Assembly: GCA_037379345.1 (NCBI GenBank)
Contig: CM074513.1
Span: 37,196,885-37,260,884 of the forward strand
Length of the DNA stretch: 64,000 bases
From: Perna viridis
Taxonomy: Eukaryota
Direction of reading: 5' to 3'
In this document: positions 51,101-61,764 of the stretch, in pieces
Layout of the letters: every line of letters starts with the position of its first letter
Position numbering within the stretch: position 1 is the first letter of the stretch
Notes under the pieces: generated by a model
Seen by the model: only the letters and a program-made list of their open reading frames with translations
Databases searched by the model: none
What the model was told of the DNA's origin: nothing
Position numbers and translations under genes: made by a program

Positions 51101-54100
51101 TAGTCAACATACAGGCTTCAGATGATCCTGTTGGTGCCTTTGGTAATTAGTCAACATTTAAACATGAACTTTACATTAAAAGAATAGAATTGGGCTTAAT
51201 CATGCTTCTTTTTTTTAATGAGCTTATTTTAATACATTTAAACCAGTCTAATCAAAAACTTGTATTCAGCTTTCACCTTTGTTAAAGGACTATGATTAAG
51301 TATTATTTGCTATCTCTATATAGTGCATTCTATGTAGAAGTTTACCCATAGATAAAGACCACCTGTCTTAAGTGACCATGGTTTTGTCTTCCGTTGAAAG
51401 GTCATTTAAGATTAGTTGGACTATATATTTTTTGTATCATTTGAAATAAATTTTTTAGCCATGCAAAGACTTAGTGGGAAAAAATGCATCAGCTATTTCC
51501 TATAAACTGAAATTACATTTGGCACTTTGTAGTTTTAACATAAGGATTGATGTCATTTTGAAATTTTAAAAAAAAATTTTTCTTCAGAATTTGCTGTTGA
51601 CAGACTTGTAGTGGAGGAGCCAGAAGGTGGAACTGTAGCTACTCACAATGTTACTATAGTTAGAACAGGAGGCTCTTCAGGGGTAGTCACTGTTACATGG
51701 GAAGCTCTGCTTAATGGTATTTTTTCACCAATACGAAAACTATCTAGAAGGGAATTTTTGATAATGTTTATCATTCTGATTCAAGTAACATTTAGTCTTC
51801 ATTTTTAATTGAGCCATATTAGCCAAATATTTCTCTGATCCTAAATTAAAGGTAGTGAACATTAAAATTATTATAATTGAAATGCCTTATTTGCCTATGT
51901 AAGCCATATAATTAGAGAAAAAAAACATGAGGTCAATATGTAAATGCAATTTTTATAGTCTGTTACTCTTGCCTTACAGGAGCCAGTGCAGCTAGTGACA
52001 TCAGTCCTGTTTCTGGATCTGTATTTTTTGTCAGTTATGAGATGAGTCATACTATACCAATACAAATATTACCTGATGATATACCTGAGAGTCAAGAGGT
52101 ATACAGAATCTGAAATATGTGCACTTGTTATGGGTCAATTTATTCATCCAAATTCTACCTTTTTGTATGCCCATTTTTTGAAGAAGTATGATAATATTCC
52201 ACCGTCCATCCATTCAGATGTATGATAAGGCAAAAATGCTTTGAGCAATTTTTTTGGAGAAAGTTGTATTTATTTTTCAGGAACTTTAAAGATCTCTCCT
52301 GCTTTTTCACTTTCCATTTTTTCCATCCATGAATTGTGGAACTGAAGTAAGGGTGACCAGCATAGATGCTTAAACTTTTTCAATTACACAAGTAAAGCAA
52401 CCTTGTGAAGTGTTAGTATTCCAGTCGTGTAGAATACTGACATTCACATAATTCTGTTGTTTATCTGGCATTGATACATTTCAGGAAATCAAATTTACTA
52501 TAAAGTCAACTTCTGGCAGTGGAACTATTGGCCTTAAGCGAGAGTTAACCCTTGTTATACTTCCAAATGACAATCCACATGGAATTGTTCAGTTTTCTCA
52601 AAGTGTTTATACCTTGAATGAGATGTCCTCAGACAGTGATCAAGAACTACCTCTTAAAAGGGAGTAAGTATAAATGATAATGTCAAAGTACTTTGAATAT
52701 CTGTTTGGTCTATCTATTCTCCATACAAATTTAAAGGTAAAGAGGAATTTATTTGTCCTCCAAATTATTTAAATGAATATCATGAAATATAAGTATTATT
52801 ATTTGACATGAAAAGTAGTACAAGAAGCATAGTTGTAATTGTCAAATTATTACAAATTAAGGTTTCTGACAAGTGGATTTAGGAGTATCCTTTTTTGTTT
52901 TGTTTTTTGTTTTTTGTTTTTTTTCATCTTCATTTGTTACACTCACACCAAACAAGGTTTTGTTAGCTATATCTATTTTAAAACATTTTATGGTACTTTA
53001 TAGTTCAAGAAAAAAAATTGTCTTTTTTCAGAGGAGGTTTGTTTGGCAGGTTGAGAGTATCCTATCTTACAAAGCAAACAGATATAGTGAGTGATGCCAC
53101 CCAAGATGGTAGTTCAGTTCTCAGTTACTTTAATGTCCCACTAGATGGCAGTAGGGAACTAACAGGAAGTCTGGTTGATGTGTCATCAGCAGCAGATCCA
53201 GTGGATGTAAGTGAATGTAAATGCGTCTTCATCTTCAATCTTGGGTATTGTTCTGAGTAAAAGGACTTAACATTACTAAACATTTTGTAGATCTTTTTAA
53301 TTGTTATTGTCCCCTGCTACAATACAGAAGAGAACACAGAAATACCAGTGTTCGTGTGTGTGTGTCCTTTCGGGATCCATCACACATAACTTTTTGGAAG
53401 CAACTTCTCAGAAACCCCCTAATCAATTTTGTTCAAATTTTGTAACATTGTTAGTCACCATATGTTGTTGATTACATTGCTTTTTTTATTTTGAATTGAC
53501 AAATTTTACAGGAATTATGTGACTTTTAAATTAGTACAAGCAACGCTATAGGAACATATTGTGGATGGAATTCATTTGAAACTGCTTAACTGATTTTGTT
53601 CCAATTTTGTAGGATTGTTAGTCATCATTTGTAGTTGATCATATTGCACCATCAGTTTGATTTGAAAAATTTTCAGGAGTTATAGGACTTTATTAGGTAG
53701 TTGATCATATTGCGCTGTGATTGTGATTCTACAAATTTTTCAGGAGTTACTAGACTTTTGCACTTCATCTTTCTTTCTTTTTTCTGTGATAGGGGACTTG
53801 TGACTATGTGTAGCAATCTTGTTTTCTACTGTTTGTCATTAGTTTTTATACCTTCAAAAATTATTTGTAGATCTATTTGTGCTAGTAATAGGTGACTCTA
53901 TTTCAGGCTTGTAGTAAAGCATGTATTAGGTCAGCTGCTTGTAAGGCATTTGAAGTGTCTGTTTCTCTGAAGAAGTGTGCTTGGTATTCTACAGACATAA
54001 CCAACAGTCTTAAACAGATTGTTGACTTTAAATATTACTCTAAAATGGTACCAAAGGTGAGTGTGCTTATGAATATTTAAAGTTCAATTATTTCAAGTGA

Positions 54101-57100
54101 TTTTTTATTTGTTCTTTTTTGGGAAATGGGGAGGTTGAAATTCCTTGATTTTAAATATCTTCCCTTATTATATAGATAGCAGTGTTTTATCGAATATTCC
54201 CAGTGTAATAAATTTTGATAATTCACACTGTGAAATAAATTTGGTAATTTCCCTCTCACGCTTTCTCCCACCAAAACTTCACAACTTTGATATCATTCCG
54301 CCAATCACTGAATTCAAAATTCATCTTGAAAATATTGATAAACTATGAAAAAAATCTATATGATAAATAGGATAATCAATTGGTTATCGTGAATAACCAA
54401 AATATTATCACTCGTGCCGAGAACGCTTGAGGATTTAACTAGTGCGCAGAAAAAGTTCTGCGCACTAGTTAAATCTAGGCGTTCTTCAGCACCCATGATA
54501 ATATTTTGGTTATTCACTTTTCCAATTAATTATCCTATTATTCTTTAGGGAAAAATTATCAAAGTATTGAAAATCACAATATCTATACCCAACAAATTAT
54601 ACTTTAATCATTAAAGTCTTCTGAAATGTTTACAATTTTATAATGTGTTACATGTATGCTTATGACTGTGTTCATCTTTAATATGGAATTTATGTGGAAC
54701 TTTTATAGGTAAATGAACTTTTTGCTAGACGAGCCACAGAAGGGGTTGATTTTGGTGTGGTTACCAATGGATACACATACATAGAGGAAGGAGTAAACAT
54801 AGGTTCAGTTATTGTGTCCATCAAGGGAGATAACTTACCAGAACTGGATGAAAAATTCATTGTTCAGTTGACTTCTGTTGAAGTCATATCAGGGGTTACA
54901 TCTACCAAATATCCTCCCAAATTTGGTACTGTTACTATGGCAACTGCTGTTATTAAGGAAAATGATAATGCATTTGGGGAGTTTACAGTAGTAAGTGATA
55001 GTCCTTCTGCTGTACAAGATGGTCATATACTTGGAGTGGAAGAAAGAGACAGATTAGCTGTAGATCTTATAGTGGAAAGAAAAGGTAAGATTGCTTTTGC
55101 AGAAGACAACTGAACTAGTTTACTTATCAATACTTTTTCTCTTGGTAAAAAGTCTGGTAGATTTCATTGGTCTATCCCAGAAATATAATCTCATAAGAAG
55201 TGGCAACATGATTTTGATATTTATCTTGTAGCTTGTTTCTATTGTGAGTTAAGAAAATACCAGAAAAATATGTGTATTTGAAAATAAAGCTGGTCAATGA
55301 AAAATTCATACAAAAACATCTGGACAGTGGTTATCTGATGACATCATTAATCAAGTGTTCTTTCAGGAGGTAATTTAGGAGATGTGAGTATAGACTGGTA
55401 TATAGACCAGGGAGCCAGCACTGCCACTTATGGTAAAGACTTTACAGGAGATGGTGCTACACTTCAGTTTTCCTCTGGTGCAGCCAGAAAATGCAAGTAT
55501 AGATTTATCATCAAACTGATTTAATATAGTGTGTCTATTCTATATAACAGTTATGTGATCCAAAGTAACATTTATAATACAATATAAACACCAACATAAA
55601 TAATAGATGCATCACTGTATGGATGTACATGGTAATTTTGCATTATTTCATTCTAGTAATCACAGTCACTATTCTTGATGACAATGATCCTGAATTAAAT
55701 AAAACTGTTGTCATCAAACTAAGAAATCCAAAAGGTGGTGCCCAGGTATCCCAGGATGCAACCGTTACCATAGTGATATTGGAGAATGATAATGTTGGTG
55801 GCATCGTTGGATTTGGAACAAGTGCTCTTGTTGGAAAGGAAGGTACTATATGATTTAAGTGGAAATAATTTAAAATGATCAAAATTTAGAATTTCATAAA
55901 AATTCGAAGAAGAGGAAATTGAGGTAGTTTTTTTAGGTCTTACAGGTGACTAACACTAACAAAAAGGTGCCTCTTTTTTGCTCACACATAAAGATAAATT
56001 ATTTTTCCAATAGAAAAAATGTGAAATACTACTTCCATGAAGTAAAAAAAAATATTTAAATTCAGTATTTGAATTTAAAGGAACAAACTTGACACTGACA
56101 GTTGTGAGACGGTCTTCAGCACATGGTACAGTGATGGTTGATTGGCAGACCAAGGGAATTAATGATTTGGACCCTACTTTAGGCTTCTCTAAAACTAATG
56201 GGACAATAGTCTTCTTGCCTGTGAGTACATTACACCCTTGTATCTACATTAATCCAACTTCAGTAGTTCAAATTGTACCCTCCTTGCAAACAAAGTTTGT
56301 GGGTATATAGAAACACCTTCCCTCTATCAATTAATCCTTTGTCTTATTTCTTAAGCACACCTATTTCTTAACCATGATGGATTTTGATGAACTTTAAAAT
56401 GTTTGTTAGGAATCATATGTAAATGTGTATTAAAGACAATATCTTATGATGGGTCATTGCAAAGGGGGATTATCCAACTTAAGGGTTTAACATGTATAAA
56501 ATTTGAGTAAAGTGGGTAGAATTCTTTTTTGTTACCTTGCTAACAGTATTTTTAGTTGATATTATTATATTGTTATTGTTTTTCAATGTAGAAATCCTAT
56601 TGGAAAATATTGAATATATGTTAGCTTTTCTTTGATGTTCCTAATATTTTGGTTATTTTTCAACTTTTTCAACAATTTTCATTATTTTTTTATATGACAG
56701 GGGGACCAGTCAAAGCAGATGCAGTTATCAGTGCTACAGGATAACAAACCAGAGGTCACTGAAGAGTACCAAGTTCTTCTACAGAACATCAGAACCCTTG
56801 GTTAGTCTTTAATTCTATGTAAAATTATATACTCCTATAAAAATCTGTATACCTAGGAAATAGTCTTCATACACATCATTAAAAACTTGAATGGTAAATG
56901 TATATTCATCTACTGCATTATTTAGATAATTACAAGTGAAGGTACTATTTGATACCCCTCATCAACAAATTAAAAAAAATGGCCATTGGTAAAATTTCAT
57001 GCAGAATTTCAATTTTTTATGTTACAGTTTAAATTACTTTGTAACTACACTTTTAGATATTCTGTGATTAAATCATTTAAAGGTGACTGTAATTGTGTAA

Positions 57101-60100
57101 ATATGCCAAAGTAATAATGAGAATGTTATCTTAAGCTACCAAGCATCTTTATGTTCAGGTGTTGGGCCTTCTGGAGCAGCCATTATAGACCCCCAGTATA
57201 GTACAGCTACCATAACTATTGATAGCAGTAACTATCCCCATGGTCTCCTACAGTTCAGCCATACATCATTGGAAGTAATCAAGGAAGAACAAGACATCAC
57301 AATTAACCTGCAGATAGAGAGAAAGTTTGGAAGTATTGGTATGTTTTGTACCTTCCCTTTTTTCTTTTAAAGGTGGTAACTGAAATTTTCAGGCAGTCTG
57401 GTTGCCAGGGGATGCAAGGGGTTACAACAAACACCTATGGAAGCAAAAAAGGTGCTCTTAAATTTTGGAAAAATTGTCCAACCTACACCACCCTAAAAAT
57501 TCTGGCTATGGGTCTTTCATGTCAAGAGACTTGAGACCTTTTCATACTATTTTTCTTAACAGACTCAGTTGGTACTTTTGCAGAGTAGGTGAAAAACATT
57601 CCTTTAAAAATTTGGTTGAAACAGTTACAGTTCTTATTGCAGTTTATGTAAGTACCAACTAAGTCTGCTAAAAACAGCATGAAAAGGGTTTAGTTTATAA
57701 CAATTTTATTTGCTAAACTAAATGGGATAGGACACAAGTTAGTCAAACTTATGAAGTCTTCTCCCATGAATTACATTTCTTACATTATTACACAGAGCAT
57801 ACTACAGGGATATACAGTAATGACATGCACAAGAAAGAAAAAGAAGAAAACAACTAATATCAATTGGGTAAATAAAATAACAACAAAAGATTAGCAAATA
57901 CATATAGTTTGTGTGTGGACCCAATGCCTCCAAGTATTTTAAACAACGAGGAAAAGGGTCTTTTGTGAAGACTAATGAATGACAATATACTTTTAGTTTA
58001 CTGTTAAAAGTTTTCATTTTAGGTGCAATCAGGGTATCTTATGAAATAAAGGAGGGATCCATCACTCCTCTTTCCGACCAGCTTCAGGCAGCCACTGCAG
58101 GTGTGGACTTTGAGGCACAAAAGGGATACATCGACATTGGTGATGGTGAATCATTTGCTACTGTTAAAGTTATAGTAAAGGATGATACTACACCAGAACT
58201 GAATGAAGCTTTCATAGTAGAACTGACAGGGGTTACACTACTGGATAACTCTCTGTTATCTAATATGCCTCCTCAGCTTGGTATGTTCAAGAAATTTCTT
58301 CTTTTGATTGAGTTCTGTCTGTTATCTAATATGCCTCCTCAGCTTGGTTTGTTCTAGGAATTTCTCCTTTTGGTTGAGTGTGTCTCTCTGTTATCTAATA
58401 TGCCTCCTCAGCTTTGTATGTTCTATGAATTTCTTCTTTTGATTGAGTTCTCTCTGTTATCTAACATGCCTCCTCAGCTTGGTTTGTTCTATGAATTTCT
58501 TCTTTTGATTGAGTTCTCTCTGTTATCTAACATGCCTCCTCAGCTTGGTTTGTTCTATGAATTTCTTCTTTTGATTGAGTTCTCTCTGTTATCTAATATG
58601 CCTCCTCAGATTGGTTTGTTCTATGAATTTCTCCTTTTGGTTGAGTGTGTCTCTCTGTTATCTAACATGTCTCCTCAGCTTGGTTTGTTCTAGGAATTTC
58701 TTCTTTTGATTGAGCTCTCTGTGTTATCTAACATGCCTCCTCAGATTGGTTTGTTCTAGGAATTTCTCCTTTTGGTTTAGCATGTCTCTCTGTTATCTAA
58801 TATGCCTCCTCAGCTTGGTATGTTCGTTCTAGGAATTTCTTTTTTTTTTTTTTGATTGAGTGTATCTCTCTGAATTTTACAATTTTATGATTTATATAGT
58901 AAAATTAACAGTGTATCAACTAAATACTAAATACTGAAAATTGATTGATTCAAACCCAGCTACAATAATTGGTGAAGACCCATATGTGCATACTATAAGG
59001 TATGGATTCCTTTCATATTTTAGTAACTCAAATGGTCTTTGAGCATATAGATATTTCTCTGTAAAATCAATGTAGATTTTCAATTGTCGTTTTAAGATTC
59101 TTTTGACAATTACAATTAAAAATGAATGTAAAAGATGGAATTCTACGGAACCCAATTTTAGCAAAATTTGTTTTATTTATATTTCAGGAGCAACAGATTT
59201 AAAATCTGAGATAATTATATCCGCCAATGATGGAACTAAAGGAGTTGTTAGTTTTGCATCTGATTCATACAGGTTAGAATATGATAAAATCCATGTTATA
59301 TTATTTTGACATTGTTTATGATATGACCCTCATCTTTGTATTTGTAATATGCCAACAGTATATTAGACTTTTGCAGATCTGGAGAGTGTTTAGGGGTTTG
59401 GAAAACCTCCTTTTGTTGGAAATTATGTTAATCTTTCCATTATTTGAGCAAAAATATTAATACCTCCTTCTTTTATGGATTCCTCTTTTCAAAATTAGAT
59501 TTGTGCTTTGATGAACTAATATATATGAAGAACAAAAAGGGCATGATCAAATGAGGTACAGGACATGTATATCTTTTGAAAATTTATTTTATGAGTTATT
59601 ATGCTGAATCAGCACATTTATTGTTTATATTTAGAATTTCATATACTGTTACAATGTTGTATTTTAACACAATTTTAACTATGTTTGATTCTTATGTTCA
59701 CAGTGTAGCTGTAGATGAGATAACTAAGAACATTACCCTTACTGTACTGAGGGATCAGGGAACATTTGGTGACATCACTGTCTTCTGCTATGCCCAGAGT
59801 ATAACTACAGGGGCTACAAGGGGAGAAGACTATCAGTTCATAGCACAGGTATGTGTCTATTCTGTTTATTCAGTGAAATCATTTTTTTTTCTAATTTATT
59901 AAGTTGCCCTTAAATATTTATGTACTCACTGGAAGGAATTAATTAATAGACATGAAATTTCTCGTAATGGACGTCACTTTTCATTCAATCAGTCACCTTT
60001 CTAAAAAAGTCTATGTTAAAATCAGTGTGACAGAAGTCAGGACAATACCAAGAGACGTATAGATTCAGATCAAATGTCTGTAGTGGTTTTAATTCTTATT

Positions 60101-61728
60101 TTTATTTTTCTAGGAATTGGCATTTGCAGACAAGGAGAGTAGAAAGTATATACTAATAGAGATATTTAATGATGATATCCCTGAACCTGATGAGATTTTT
60201 GAAGTGATACTTGCCAGCCCACAGAAGGGGGCTATTCTTGGGACACCAATAAGAGGTCTGTTATTTACAAACCAATTCAGAAAGTTTTTTGACATATTTT
60301 TGTATTAATCATTTGGTTTTCAAGATCAATCATTTGATCAATCATTTGATCAATCATTTCAGTACAATAATTTAAGATCCAATTCCCACAGTCTTTAAGG
60401 TTGATCTGCGCGTTCTTTTCATAGATTGATTTTATCATTTTTCCAAACTACCAGTAATTATTTTAAAAATGAAATGTGAGCTTACTCTTGAAATATTTGA
60501 TTTTTTAAATTGTTGATTTAACAGATTCTTTAAAAGCAGTATATTTTTATTACAGCTAATGTTACCATACTTGCCAATGATGATTCCAGTGGTCACTTCA
60601 GTTTTGAAACAAATAGTCCCATCACTATAGAAGAGACAAATGGGGCTACCAAAGGAGAAGCTGTGTTGAAGATAACAAGAGGTCCTGGTGTTTATGGTAC
60701 TGTAAATGTACCATATAAAGTTACCCCTGAGGTAGCCTCTAACACACATGATATATCACCCATGCAGAGTATTATAGTGTTTACAGACAGACAGGTAAAC
60801 AACTATTCATTTTAATACCTCATCATACATTGTTACATAATGATATGTATGCCCTCTCTTTTTAATTGATACATATGTCTCCGTATGTAGTAGTCAAATT
60901 TGCTGGATGAATTATACTTTAAAATGCTATTACTATTCTCATTTGTTTTTTTCCCTAGCCATTTGCAGAGATAAGATTAGAAGCAGTAGATGATATTGAA
61001 CCAGAACAGGTAGAAAGATTCACTGTTACTCTGCTTCAGCCCACAGATGGTGGATTACTAGGAGATATCACAGAGAAAGTTATCATTGTTAATCCTAATG
61101 ATTCTCCTAATGGACTGATACAGATATATGCTAGAGGAACTACGTAAGTACATTCTTAATTGAGGTCTTGACCATATTTAAAGGAAGAATTATTGTGGAA
61201 CTTTTTATGGAATTTTTTCATTTTACTTCACTAAAAATATAGGACTTTGAGTGTTTAATGATTGGATCTTAATAACCATTTTTTTCATGTTCATATATAT
61301 ATATATAAATTAATTTTTGTATAAGATGCTTATGTTAAATAAATGTTTTTTTTTTTTATATATATATTGCAGAAACAAGACAATATCTGTAGATGAAAGC
61401 ATTGGACTACTTCACTTTGACATACAGAGATCACAGGGGACTGATGGGAAGGTCACTGTTGATATGGCAACTCAGCCAGGGACAGCCATCACCAATACAG
61501 ATATTACCACTGTGACCTTGACCCCTTTACAGATCATTCCTGCCACCCAAGTTGTCAACTGGTACAGCTATACTATGAATGGCTCAGTATATGTTGCTAT
61601 GCTTACAAACTTCCGAGTTGGAGAATTTACAACAGACATTGGTAGTGATGGTTCAGCAGAAGCCATTAATGTTGATCGACTTTTCCATTCTACAATATTC
61701 AGATGGCAAGGGGAGCTTATCCCAGTAC

Positions 61729-61764
<36 letters not shown>

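Noticed and set aside
58370-58693. 107-aa repetitive ORF as an independent gene
   Set aside because: It is the frame-preserving junction minisatellite, bounded by in-frame TAG codons, with no independent gene signals.
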